A stretch of DNA of 64,000 nucleotides, taken from the NCBI RefSeq assembly GCF_009914755.1, contig NC_060941.1, one strand, 5' to 3'. Below the pieces are notes generated by a model, which was not told the origin of the DNA, did no database searches, and worked only from the letters and a program-made list of their open reading frames with translations. Positions 1-21,708 of the stretch are shown here, in pieces. The first letter of the stretch is position 1, and each line of letters opens with the position of its first letter. Both the position numbers and the translations under genes were made by a program. The stretch comes from the human T2T-CHM13v2.0 reference genome, Homo sapiens.

Positions 1-653
1 ACCCTGACAGTCTCCTGTGGCCCATGAAGATTGGGGGGGCCGCTGGGGGTTAGGGGAAGAGGAGAGATGGAAGGAAGTTACTAATTAAGAGTGATCTTGA
101 AAGCCTCGGGTGCTAAGGGTCTTTTTTCTTTTTACCCCTGTCCTGAGTATTCCCTTATATCCTTCCCTCAAAGGCCAAAGCTAGAGACAGCAGATACGTT
201 TTTATGCAATTGGACCTCAATGCTTCTCGAAATATGCGAATGAACAACTTTCTTGAATGTCTTACCCCACCACTCTTCCTCTACAGAGAAAGTGAAACCT
301 CGTTTTTTTAATTCTTGCTGAAAACACTGCTATTTTAACTTGAAATTTGTTCTTTCTTGTTTTAGATAATGAATTAGTTCTACCTTTCCTGCTTTAGATA
401 ATCAATCTGGGAACTCAATGTAAAAATTACATCAAAGGCAAATAAAAAGTAAGGTATTTCAGAAGCTGAATAAGTAAAGGACATTTGCAGACGTCTCTTC
501 CTTTTCATTTGAAAACTCACCTAAAAATTATTTTAAAATTCTCTGTTGACAACTTCCCTAATTGAAGCTAACTTCTTGAAAGGAACAAAAATAAGACATG
601 CATTTGCTATAATGAACATGATAGACTCCAGCAACTTTCATTTTAAATGTTTA

Positions 654-5990
<5,337 letters not shown>

Positions 5991-7001
5991 AATGTCCCAT
6001 TAGTTATTAAACTAGAATTGGGTTCCATTTGGCCACAGAGTTCTGCTTTATTTGTACTTTGCTACCAAACCACAAAAGTTCACCACTTGTTCTATTTGCC
6101 ATTCTTCCTTTTAATTCCTCATGAACAAACTTAATAAATTAACTACAGCATGTCAAACAACCTTTTGCAACCCTTGCAATTTCAAACTCTTGGAGGGAGG
6201 CACCCCTGGCCTGGGCCAGCAGCCTCAACGCGCGGGAGCGAAGGGAGCGGGACAGCGGCTCCGCTTGCCAAGTCCCCAGTCAGGGGAGGAGCGGCGTCCC
6301 CACCGCGGTGCCCCTCGGGCTCCACACCCGCGTCTCGGCAGGCGGCGACGCACCGGACCGGCGGCTACCGGGCCCAGACTCCCGCGGGCAGGGCCGTCCC
6401 GGAGCCCGCGCCTCGCCGGCGGCGCCGCTCCCCGTTCTCATTTCTGAACAAAGACGTGGACCGGGCACAACTCGCTGACGCCGAGAGCGGCCGGAAACTG
6501 CGGGGAACGCGGGCCCGGCCATCCGCGCGTCCGCCCCGAGCCCCGCAGAGGGGCGGCAGGGCCAGCGACCTCCACCCCTCGGCCCCCCGGGACCCGGACT
6601 GCGACCCCTGCCCCGGGGACCCCAGCGACCCCAACGACTCTCATCCCTCAGAGCCCCTGAGATCCTGCCCCGCGACCCCAACGACCCTCATTCCTCAGAG
6701 CTCGCGGCGACCCCTGGCCCCGCGAGACCGCGAGCCCGGCCTGTGACCCCCGCCCCAGCCACCCACATCCCTCAGCGCCGCCAGCGACCCCGGCCCCGGC
6801 GACCCTCATCCCTCAAAACCCCCTGCGACCCCCGCCCCGCGAGGGCCCCGCGCACCGCTCGCCCGCCGGTCGCCCCGGGCTCCGCGTCCCGCACCAGTGT
6901 CCCCGGGAAACGCCAGCCGCCGCAAGCGCTGCCGGACGGCCGGGCCCGGAGGGGACTGGGGGACAGCGAGGGGGAAGCGTCCGCCGCCGGGGCGCACTGA
7001 C

Positions 7002-7023
7002 CGTAGCTGTCGTCCTCCTCCAT
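7002..7023 (-). CDS. CYTH1: CYTH1 (cytohesin-1, ARF GEF) coding exon 1: ATG GAG GAG GAC GAC AGC TAC G | GTCAGT
   Basis: Translates MEEDDSY+G, the known cytohesin-1 N-terminus (MEEDDSYVPSD...). Strong Kozak GCACCATGG; donor GTCAGT at 7001-6996; inside a CpG island. The rest of the gene lies off the left edge. Confidence 0.95.
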
Positions 7024-7387
7024 GGTGCGGGAGCCGGGCTCCGCGCTCCGGCTCGCCGCTCGCGTCCCGCCGCGCCACCCGCGCCCCCGCTCGCCTCAGC
7101 CCGGCTCGGAGCCCCGCCCCCGGCGCCCCGCGCCCCGCGCCCCGCCCGCCCGCGCCTGCGCCTGCGCCCGCCCCCTGCCCCCGGCCCGAGGCCCCGCCCC
7201 TCGCCCGAGGCCCCGCCTTCCTCCCGCGCGCGCCGCACCCCGGGTACCCGGCCTCCTCCCGAGGCTCCGGCCTGCGCACGCGCGTCCACCCGAGGCTCCT
7301 CCCCTGCCCCCGCCTCTAGACCACGCCCCCGTCCCGAGACACACACACCCCCCCCCCTTCTCCCGGTCCGCCTCCTGGGGCCGAGCA

Positions 7388-7400
7388 GGTTTCGGTTTCT
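7388..7400 (+). promoter_or_regulatory. ISRE/IRF element GGTTTCGGTTTCT upstream of CYTH1
   Basis: Matches the GTTTCNNTTTC (GAAANNGAAA) core, about 300 bp upstream of the expected TSS; motif match only. Confidence 0.55.
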
Positions 7401-7675
7401 GAAGGGCGGTGCAAGTCCCCGGGGTGGCGGACTCGACCTGGCCTGCAGCCAGGCTACTGCACGAAAGCCCAAGGTCGTGTCCGGCCACTGAAGGGCAGGG
7501 TGGTCCTTGCTGACGCCAACCTGGAAGGTCAGACCCGGCCCCAGCTTGCCAGGGAGGGCCCGGTCCTTGGCGAAAGGCCACAAAAGCTATTTGAAGTCAT
7601 TTACTCCTGCGTTCAGAACCTTTACATGCTGTATGTCCTAAGTTTACTGCTTCTACTTCTTTTTATTTGTCCTGA

Positions 7676-8037
<362 letters not shown>

Positions 8038-9691
8038 TGACAGAGGACAATCCCACTGCTGCAGAATGCCAGCACCAGAACCCCCCTTTCCCCCTGCAGT
8101 CACTTGTGGCTCCTGCACCCTACACAGAACACTCACTGAGAACTCCACAGAGATCCCTGGACTGCTGGGAATTTTTTGGACCAACCAAAAAACGGGAGTA
8201 AAAGCCACAGAACTCTTTCCTTGTGGGCCCACCTGTCCTGAGTTTTACTATTTTTCTTTTTCTTTTATTTATTTATTCATTTTGAGACAGAGTCTCACTC
8301 GCTGTGTTGCTCAGGCTAGAGTACGGTGGCACCATCATGACTCCCTGCAACCTCTGCTTCCCAGGCTCAAGCAGTTCTCCCACCTCAGCCTCCTGAGTAG
8401 CTGAGACTGCAGGCACCGGCCACCATACCTGGTTAATTTTTGTATTTTTTGTAGAGACGGAGGTTGCTAGGTTGCCCAGGCTGGTCTCGAACTCCTAGGC
8501 TCAAGTGATCCTTTCTCTTTGGTCTCCTTCCTTGGCCTCCCAAAGTACTGGAATTACAGGCGTGAGCCACCACGCCTGGCTGGATTCATGATCTTAACCT
8601 TCACTGACTTTACCAGATTGTCCAGTTTTACAGGTGACCTTAGAGAGTCACATTTTGGCCCTAACGTGTCCTTGGGCTTCGGCGTGTGAGGTCAGAGACC
8701 CAGCTGCATTTTGTTCCTCTTGGCCTAGACTTAGGACACTTTTAGAATTGACCCCACATTGACCTGGCAAATCTTCTCAAACCATCTGTCACATGGGCTA
8801 ATGGAGCACTGAGCCTCTCCCCCAGTATTTGCCATCCTCTGTTTCACTCCCTACTTCACTTCTAACCCCAGACTCACCAGAAGGTTCAAGGTATCTTCGA
8901 GCTGGCTTTCTTCCCTTATCAGTATGCAAGTCCCAGACCACCTCAGCTCTTGCTCAAAGACCAGAACTCCAGAAGAAAAGCGATTCAGATGGCATGTTAA
9001 TTCTTACTATCAGCACTCTAGACCTCTTAGCTGAACTCACCAACTGAATAGATTTGGAGAGGGAGGGATACTGGTATTACTGCTAATCACAGATTAGCAG
9101 AGAACATGACTGTTTACAAATTCTGTTCCCTTATATTGTTCCATTAGACTGGTGTTTTTCAGCTGGGTGAAGTGGTTCATGCCTATAACCCCAGTACTTT
9201 GGGAGGCCAAGCTAGGAAAACTGCTTCAGGGCAGGAGTTCAAGACCAGCGCGAGTAACATAGAGAGACCCTGTCTCTACAAAAAATTAAAAATTGTCGAG
9301 CATAGCGGCACACGCCTGTAGTCCTAGCCACTCTGGAAGCTGAAGTGGGAGGGATCCTCTGGGCCTGGGAAGTTGAGGCTTCAGTAAGCTATGATTGCAC
9401 CACTGTGCTCCAGCCTGGGGGACAGAGTGAGACCCTGTTTCCAAAAAAAAAAAAAAGAACAGTGTTTTTCAAACAGCGGGTCATGACTCTTAATGGTTAT
9501 GAAACAAATACTTATTAGATGAAAAGAAAATAGAATTTTTAAAAAATTGTAGTCTATCACACATAATACAGAGACAGTGTTTGTTCTGGTTGCAAATGAA
9601 TGCATGCATGTGTCCACTGGGTAGGGCTATCCCTGACCATGGATGACTGTCAAAGAAACACAGAAGCTACTCCATTAGATCACATTCATGA

Positions 9692-10006
<315 letters not shown>

Positions 10007-10671
10007 TAATAGACATCCAAATGCAGCCTACTTGCAAGCAGGAGTTAAGTCAGTTTCACTCTCGTATCTTGTATTTGTGCCCCCAGCCCTTGGAGCGTAA
10101 TGAGAAGGAGCCGGCGGCAGGGAGACAGGAACCACAGGACTCCACTCCAGCTGTGGATTCTAACCCAGACCTCTTCCCCCACATCCACTAATTCTTCACA
10201 GAACCTTTAAACTGGGTGTGGGCTCTCTGCAAGTTTCGCTGTGGTTTCTAAGTCCTTAGTGGTTGATCCACTTGACAACTAATTTTTTTAAGTTGGTAGC
10301 TCCCTGCGGTATTTGACAGTTTTTGGTTTGGTTTTGTTTTTGAGACAGGGTCTCACTCTGTTGGCCAGGCTGGAGTGCAGTGGCTCATGGCTCACTGCAG
10401 ACTCCACCTCCCAGACTCCATCGATCTTCCCACTTCAGCCTCCCAAGTAGCTGGGACTACAGTTGCACGCCACCACACCCAGCTAATATTTTATTTATTT
10501 ATTTATTTTAGAGACAGGGTCTTTCCATGTTGTCCAGGCTGGTTGTGAAATCCTGGGCTCAAGTGATCCACCCACCTTAGTCTCCCAAAGTGCTAGGATT
10601 ACAGGCATGAGCCTGCTCCTGGCCACCCTCTGGTATTTTCCACTGTTCCTGGCACATACCTCCCTTAGCTC

Positions 10672-11664
<993 letters not shown>

Positions 11665-12514
11665 TTCCCCCTTCAGCTTCCCTGCTTTGCCTAATAAAAA
11701 GAATTAGAAAGGTTTTAAGCAGAGGTAACCCAAAATATGTTTTTCCTATGCTTATACCATGGTTTTATTTTATTTATTTATTTATTTTTTGAGACTGAGT
11801 CTCGCTCTGTTGCTCAGGCTGGAGTGCAGTGGTGCATGATCTCAGGCTCACTGCAACCTCTGCCTCCCAGGTTCAAGCGATTCTCATGTCTCGGCCTCCC
11901 GAGTAGCTGGGATTACACGCACGCGCTACCACGCCCTGCTAATTTTTGTATTTTTAGTAGAGACGGGGTTTCACCATGTTGCCCAGGCTGGTCTTGAACT
12001 CCTGACCTCAGGTGATCTACCCACCTCAGCCTCCCAAAGTGCTGGGATTACAGGCGTGAGTCACCATGCCCGGCCCTATACCATGGTTTTAAAATGTCTT
12101 CAGGAACCACCTCAAAGTTTATCAATAGCAAACAGGTTAACTATATTAGGATACTTTCATACAAGGAAGCACCCACAGGCTTCAAAAGACTGAAACAGAT
12201 TTCTGTATTACCAACAGAAGACAATTTCCAAGCTATAAGTGAAAAAAGCAGTCAGAACGGTGGTATATAATACAGAACCATTTGTAATCAAAATCAATGT
12301 ATACATGCTACTCGTTTACAGGTGTATATTCAGTCGCTGAACAAATCTCCGTTAGGGGCACTGTTCGTGTGCTGGGAACACACAGGTCAATGAAGAGCAG
12401 CCAGAAAGCCCCAAGCTCTGGAGGCTTCCACTCTCGTGAATCAGCACCGCTTGATCATCTGTGAGGTAGAGATTGGGAGCCACATTTAACTCTGAGAAGA
12501 GAACCTTTCCATAC

Positions 12515-13243
<729 letters not shown>

Positions 13244-13836
13244 TGAGCCACCGCACCCGGCCCTGGTTCCTTTTTCTAAAACAAGTAATTCTATTTCGTT
13301 ACCTTTATGTTCTCCCAGCTGGTTGGTGGGGCAGTGGGGGTGCCCAGCTTCCAGAAGGTGCAAGCTGGAGGGTCTCAGAAGAAAGGCAGGACTGATGCCC
13401 ACCCTGACCCTGTGTGCTACAGGAACAACAGACAGCCCACCCGCATCTGCTAGAAGGCATGAAGGAAGGAAGGGCCAAGGACGAGATGTGGAGGGACTCG
13501 GGTCCATGGGGTAGGTATTGCTGAGGCCATCAGAACACCAGACACCAGGACATCATCTACGGCCTCCCCTCCACCAAGGGGAGAATTGTCAGCCACTGCC
13601 TGATGTCATTCCCCTCCACCAAGGCCAGAATGCTGCCTCTTGCCAGAGGTGGGGACGGGAGGGACACTGAGGACTGAGATGTCTGGGGACAATGCTGGCT
13701 TCACGAAAGAGAGATGAGGCCAGGTGCGGTGACTCACGCCTGTAATCCCAGCACTTTGGGAGGCTGAGGCAGGCAGATCACGAGGTCAGGAGTTCGAGAC
13801 CAGCCTGGCCTATATGGTGAAACTCCGTCTCTATTA

Positions 13837-14051
<215 letters not shown>

Positions 14052-15071
14052 TCACTTGCCCAATCACTGTGTGAGTGATTTGTACGCCCTGAGACCAAGC
14101 GAAAGGTATGATCTAGAGGTAGCAGCTTTTCTAGAAGCCAGCCTCTGACCCCTCCCACCCAGAAGGAGTAGGCTGAACAGTGGTTAGACAGGCCTTTAAT
14201 TCAGGGTTCTTCAAAAAGTGAATAAATAGAAGACAGAGGACTCAGCAGCTCTGCCAGGGAGCAAGCCTCCTGGACTTGCTAATTTTGCAGCATAGACCTT
14301 GCAGAGAGGGTGGAGCCTGGTGAAGAAGGGGTGTTAATCCCCGCAAGAGGCTGCAAAGCGAACTGCTCACACAGGCTTGGATTGGGGCATTGTCTTGCTT
14401 TGAAAACCCCCAGATTTTATTTTGCTAAAGCTTGCAATTTCTTCTGTGTGTAAATGACACTTAAAATCTGTTTGTAATGGAACTTGATTGTATCCAGCTG
14501 TCACCAACTGTTCCCTGTGCCACCCAAAAGACAGCTGGCCACGTGCCACGGTTTGGGCGTTCACTTCAAATAGAGGAGCTAGTGCTCTAGTTCCTGCTAG
14601 ACTTCACCAAAATGTTTTCACTTACGCAGAAAAACAAAGGGGGTGCGGGTAGGGCTCAGGGAAGGCAATGTGAAGGGGAATTAGTGCAGTGTGGACTGCG
14701 GAGCCACTGACTTTGATGGACGGTGGGCTGGCTGTTTTCTGAGCAGGGTCCGAATGCAGTCACAAAGTATGCTGCCTTCAGCAGCTGCTCCAGTTCACTC
14801 ATTCAACAAATATTTACCGGGTGGCTGGTAAGTGCTAGGCCTTGCCAAGAGAACTGTAGCCACATAAGACAGAAAAATGGCAGAATAATACCTTTTTTTT
14901 TTTTTTGAGACGAAGTCTCGCTCTGTCATCCAGGCTGGAGTGCAATAGCGCGATCTCAGCTCACTGCAACCTCGGCTTTCCAGGTTCAAGTGACTCCTCT
15001 GCCTCAGCCTCCCTGAATAGCTGGGATTACAGGCACCCACCACCACGCCTGGCTAATTTTTGTATTTTTAG

Positions 15072-15271
<200 letters not shown>

Positions 15272-15827
15272 TAGTAGAGACAGGGTTTCACTATGTTAGC
15301 CAGGCTGGTTTTGAACTCCTGACCTTGTGATCTGTCTGCCGTGGCCTCCCAAAGAGCTGGGACTACAGGTACAAGCCACCATGCCTGGCCTTTTTTGGCT
15401 GGTCTCGACATCTTGGGCTCAAGCAATCCTCTCATCTCAGCCTCCTGAAGTGCTGGAATTACAAGCATGAGCCACTGCGCCCGGCCAACACATTCATTTT
15501 AAAATGGCCTTAAAAAAATCACTGGTTTATGTAAAAGAACTTGAATTTCCTACACACATTTCGCAGCAAGTATTTGCCATGTACTTAGACTGTGTGTTGA
15601 AATCTGGTCTCATGATGGTAAGAAGCTACCTAAATACCTAGATCCTGCTTAAGGGAGTGGCAATCTTGTGACCTGTTTCTCACTCAATGTCTAATGGATA
15701 TTTGGCAGCCATGTCCTGTTGCTTCCTCTAATCAACACCCTCCTAAATGAAGCAGTAAGGGAGAAAACCAATGAAAACACGCATGCAAGACATGTATCGT
15801 GAGAGTGACAGCTGACAATCATGATAA

Positions 15828-16112
<285 letters not shown>

Positions 16113-17299
16113 TAGTAGAGACGGGGTTTCTCCATGTTGTGTCCTGACCTCAGGTGATCCGCCCCGCCTAGGCCTCCCAAAGTGCTGGGATTACAGGCAT
16201 GAGCCACCGTGCCCGGCCCTGGCCTTCTTTTTATAGGAAGTCATGATTCAAACCTGACTCCAGCCTGACCCTACTTTAATCCCTTTAAAGCAGCAAAAAT
16301 ATACAGCAGTTTCCCCTTGAGAAAGCAACTTGAAGCAACAGTTTGGTACAGATTCTGCTAAGAACAAGCACATTTTTAATCTCAGGCCCCTCTCACAGGG
16401 CAATTTCCTCAATGCCTGGAGTGCTTTCTGAGATCCCAGAACAACGGGCTGGACAGCTGCCCAGAGGCCTCTAGGGGGCTGTGGAAGGCTGAAGAGGCAG
16501 GGGGGATCTGGATCACAAAATAGAGGAGACTATTTTCTCTGAACAGGAGTGAGAAACCTTATGTTGGGGAATGATTAGATTCTGGTTTCTTGCCTTAAAA
16601 GATTGTCCTGGAGGCCAGGCACAGTGGCTCACACCTGTAATCCCAATGCTTTGGGAGGCCAAGGCGAGAAGATTATTTGAGGCCAGGATCCTATACTGAG
16701 GGGGCACCTCTTTCAGTGTCTACAGTAGAGATCCTGACAGAGGGTGGATCGGTCGGCTGTTCAGTGGGATGTATTGACTGGATCAGTTGATTCTGGGCTT
16801 GATCTAGAGTATGCAGCAAATGCAACAGGCTCACATCTTAGAGGAGCTCTCCAGGGTGCGGAGGTCAACAGTGTCAAATCCTGGGAAGAAGTCGGTGGCA
16901 AGAGTGGGAATTAGGTCACTGAGAAGTGATGATGGCAGAAGCTAGACTAAGAACCACAGAGAGTCAACACAGAGCAAAATGAATGTCAACCAAAGGAGAG
17001 GGCAGCTGAGAGGGGACACAAGGACACACAGGCTTTTTAGGATGGGAGATGCCTGAACATGTTCCTAAGGGAAGAGTGAGACACGGGAGCAGACAGGGTA
17101 ATTAATGGAGCAAGGTCCCCAGGGTGGAAGAAGTTGGCCTCAAGGGCACAGGTGGGGTGCCAGCATACACAGAGGGGGCACCTCGTCCAGCATCTCCAGT
17201 AGAGGTCCCCACAGAGGATGGGGAACAGCCCCTATACTACAGTTCCTTCCCACTCTCCCACACCAACCACCCAGCCCCTCTGGGAGGCATCAGATCAGA

Positions 17300-17852
<553 letters not shown>

Positions 17853-19664
17853 TAAGCCTCACCCATAGATTCTGATTCTACTTCCGTCAGTATCGAATGC
17901 CTCTCCCCAGGTGCTCCTGCTGCCCTATGAGCATTGAGAACCCTGAGGTAAGAAGGAGAAGAGAACAGAGGGAGAGGAGCTGGTTTTAGCTTTGGTTTCC
18001 CCATGTTGTTTAATTTTGGGGTGGGATGGGAATTCTTGAGGTAGCCTTGGAAGTCACTTACCAAGAGTAGTGGGCACATATGCAATGAGAGAGCAAAATA
18101 GTGTGCAGGGATCACTGAAAAGAATGGGAGAGAGAGGAAGGAGTTGCCTGAAGACCAAGGGCAGAAATCCCAAAAGGCAGGCAGAGCCCAACGAAGAAGG
18201 GCAGCCAGACAGCCCTGAAAGCCGAATCCATGGCACCCAGATGATCTTCTCCAAGGGTCATCCCCAGTCCAGATATGGAAGGAGCAGGGGGCCAAGCCAA
18301 GGCGGGATCTGCACGAAGCAGCAGCAGGGCCACCTCCGGGCAAGAGTGTGACTCCAGGGAGTCAGCTCAGCTGACAAGACACAGAAAGCTGCCCGTCTGC
18401 ATGTCACGTGACCTGTCCACACACAGTCCTCCTTTACCACCACGTCCTTGGCGTACCCACATCCTCATTGCGCTGAGGTTGTCCAAGCTACCAAGACTTG
18501 AGGCAGGGATTCTCACAGCACCGTCCAGTGTTAAACTGCCCTTAAGGTCACTATTACAGTTATGATGAGCCCTAACAGTATGTTAGGGATAAACAGATGC
18601 CCACCTGATTCCCCAGTGTCCAGACACCTGGGCTTTTTCCTAACTAGAAGACTCGGAGTTCACCCACTGCCTACTTCCCATGCCTAGGATTCTCCCTGGG
18701 TTCCCTGTACTGGTAAGATGCCAACACGTCCACTAAGTCAGATTGAATCTCTCACCACCTGAAGGCCTTCCTGAAACCATCGGTGAGCCGCTTGCTTCCC
18801 TGGCTACTACTTGGCCTCCGAACCCAACTAACCACCCTAGCAGAAATCATCTTAAACTCCACCCAGAACATTCCACCCTATCTGTCATCTCACCTCTTGA
18901 GTCCATCTCCTAAATATCCAAGTGACCTCACTTCTAGCCTATGCTACTAATGCCAATCTCTTAGCTCTAGCCTTGGCCACTTCTCAGCCAACCTGGCGGC
19001 TGGTCATGCTCACCTGCTGTTCTCTGCACTCCACCAGCCGCCTTTCAGGCCATCAGGCAGCCTGGAATCCACTATCAGCCTCAGGAGTCTAAAAAGCACA
19101 TCAGACCTTGGTAACCCTTCTTGTCCAAACTGTCAAACAAAACCTGCCCTGCGCTTTTGCACCTGACTTACAGTTAGCCAGCTGAGTCCTGCTGGCCAGC
19201 TCCCACTGCCAGCCCCCTTTCAGAATGTCACCTCACCCCACGGTGCTTCAGGCAGAGCTCATGACAGGCTCCTCATGGCCTCCCTGCATCTCCCTAACAG
19301 CACTCACCCTGCCCTGGAGCCGTCAGTCCTGCCGGTGGGACTCTGCCCGCCGCCTGCGAGACGACGTGAGTGTGTTCACTTTTATACACACCCAGAAGTG
19401 GCCCTAGTGTTTGGGAAACGGCAGTTAAGAATGGAAAAGCCTGTCAGGCGCGGTGGCTCACACTTGGAATCCCAGCACTTTGGGAGGCCAAGACGGGCAG
19501 ATCACGAGGTCAAGAGATGGAGATCAGCCAGGCGCAGTGGCTCACGCCTGGAATCCCAGCACTTTGGGAGGCTGAGGCAAGCGGATCACAAGGTCAGGAG
19601 TTAAGAGACCAGCCTGGCCAACATGGTGGAACCCCATCTCTACTAAAAATACAAAAATTAGTCA

Positions 19665-19877
<213 letters not shown>

Positions 19878-20468
19878 TCAGATCACCACCTCTCCAAGCC
19901 TCAGAACCCCCTCAACCGCTGCCCAGGCTACAACGCAAATGCCTTCAGACACAGCCTGGCTGGCAGGAAGGCCTCTGGGTCAGCAGTGTGCCCTGCTCTC
20001 TGCCACCCCTTTGGTTTGGATGCAGGAGCTGCCTCACCTCGCTTGTTCTTACTTGGCTGTCCTCATTTTGGGGTGTCCAGCCAAACCCCTAAAGAGAAGC
20101 GAAGACATGATGCCCTGTGTTTGGTGGATACCGTGGGGTGGAGAAAGCTTACTTCCAAGTTGCTAAAGGGAGATGCGGGGAGCCACACACATCAGGTAAC
20201 AGCTGCAGAGCAGCATTCTCAACAGGAGCCGCTGCACGGCAACCCGCCTGCGCCCCGGGGTTCATTCAGCCTCTTGGTCACCTATTCACTAGGGCTGCTC
20301 TCATAACCTCCTGGTCACTGAGCTCCCTGCAGGGACCTACCTGCCCCTCCTAGCCCAGCCTCAACTTCCAGGACAGGTGGAATCAGCGAGACTGTGGTTG
20401 GGATGTACTTTAAAAAAAAAAAATCAAATGAAACCAACAAAGACACAGAACTCACAAAACCGGAGTAT

Positions 20469-20474
20469 TTTATT
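20469..20474 (-). terminator. USP36: Distal polyadenylation signal AATAAA of USP36
   Basis: AATAAA followed by GTTTTGTGAGTTCTGTGTCTTTGTTGGTTT, a classic GU-rich downstream element. Confidence 0.85.
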
Positions 20475-21702
20475 GCACCAAGATCTTGGCAACACGTGGG
20501 GCTCCCCAGGCCCCCGGAAAGGAGGTGCAGAGGATGGGACACAGACCTCTGCACACACACAGGTGCGGCCATGCAACCAGGACGCGGGGCAGGCAAGTGA
20601 GAGGACCTGGGAGAGGTAGCTGCTGTACACAGGCCCCACTCCCTCCAGCTCCATTCCCAAGCACAAAATTCAACAGACCCAGATCCTAAGTCAACCAAGT
20701 GACTGCTATGACAAAGGCTTGGGTTATTGACATTTACTTACATACGTGTACAAGACCTAGAGTTTGAACTCGTTTTCTGGGCCTCATCTTTCCCTTCCCT
20801 ATCTGGTTGATGACTTCGGTGGAGGGAAGGGACGTGACTCCACCCAACAGTGATAAACGCTGCAGAAAGTCATCTCGTGCTCACCACTGCCCAAGAGTTA
20901 ACGAATGTATGTACCCCAGGAAAAGGTTTTACAGTTATCTAGTGGAGAAGGGAAGAGACTGATTTGGAGGAGAGAAGGGAGAGAAAGGAACGAGATAAAT
21001 TCTGTGCCAGCAGACAACTAACATTTTCAACTACAGAACATCACACGGTAAACATGGCAGAGGGAACAGTTCACACAGGAATGCAAGTCAACACCCCGAG
21101 AAGAAAAGGAACATACCCTGCCCGTGAAGGCATGTGCTTTCCCTTCCAGATAAGTTACAAAGCCAGAGCACGGAAGCCAGGCCCTCATCTTTGAACATTC
21201 AGAGACTGGTCCGCAGGAGAGGGCACCCTGAGCAGCTCCACTCACTGCTGCTGGGACACAGGTGGCCACAGGAGCTTGATTCTCTCCCACCCTTCTAAGA
21301 AGAGAAACGTAAAAACAGAAGAAAATCCAAAAAGAGACACCCACCCACATGGAAAAAAATAAATGTATCTTCCCATATTAAAAAAGCAATTCCATCTACA
21401 CGCCAGTAACCACCCAGGCCCCGAGCACAGGGGCAGGAAGCAAAGCTGCCCCAGGGAGAGGGGGTGCAGACAGCGAGGCAGCCACCCGGGACAGCAGGAT
21501 GCCTCTGGCCCAGCAGAGCCACACTGAAGGAGGTCTAAGTCCAACACCACGTTGTCCATCTCCACCTGCGACGACTCCGGGAGGAAATGACGGGGACAGA
21601 CCCGATGAGGAAGGATGTTCACGGTCACCTTCACACTTCCCACTACTATGAGGGCATTTGTCTTTTTCCTGAAAATATCACCTTCTCTGAGGATTTCCTG
21701 TA

Positions 21703-21708
21703 TTTATT
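21703..21708 (-). terminator. USP36: Proximal polyadenylation signal AATAAA in the USP36 3'UTR
   Basis: TGTAACTTAATAAA: a UGUA (CFIm) element just upstream of AAUAAA, in an AU-rich context. Confidence 0.6.

Larger units (their letters stand above)
6200..7600. promoter_or_regulatory. CYTH1: CpG island and TATA-less promoter of CYTH1
   Basis: Very high GC and CpG density; clustered GC boxes (CCCCGCCC) at 7110-7220; NRF1-like GCGCCTGCGCCTGCGC (7152-7167) and TGCGCACGCGC (7273-7283). TSS expected near 7060-7110 on the minus strand. Confidence 0.9.

Noticed and set aside
6121-7583. Long overlapping Pro/Arg/Gly/Ala ORFs on both strands (up to 256 aa)
   Set aside because: Stop codons are depleted in a GC-rich CpG island; only the 22-nt CYTH1 coding exon is supported.
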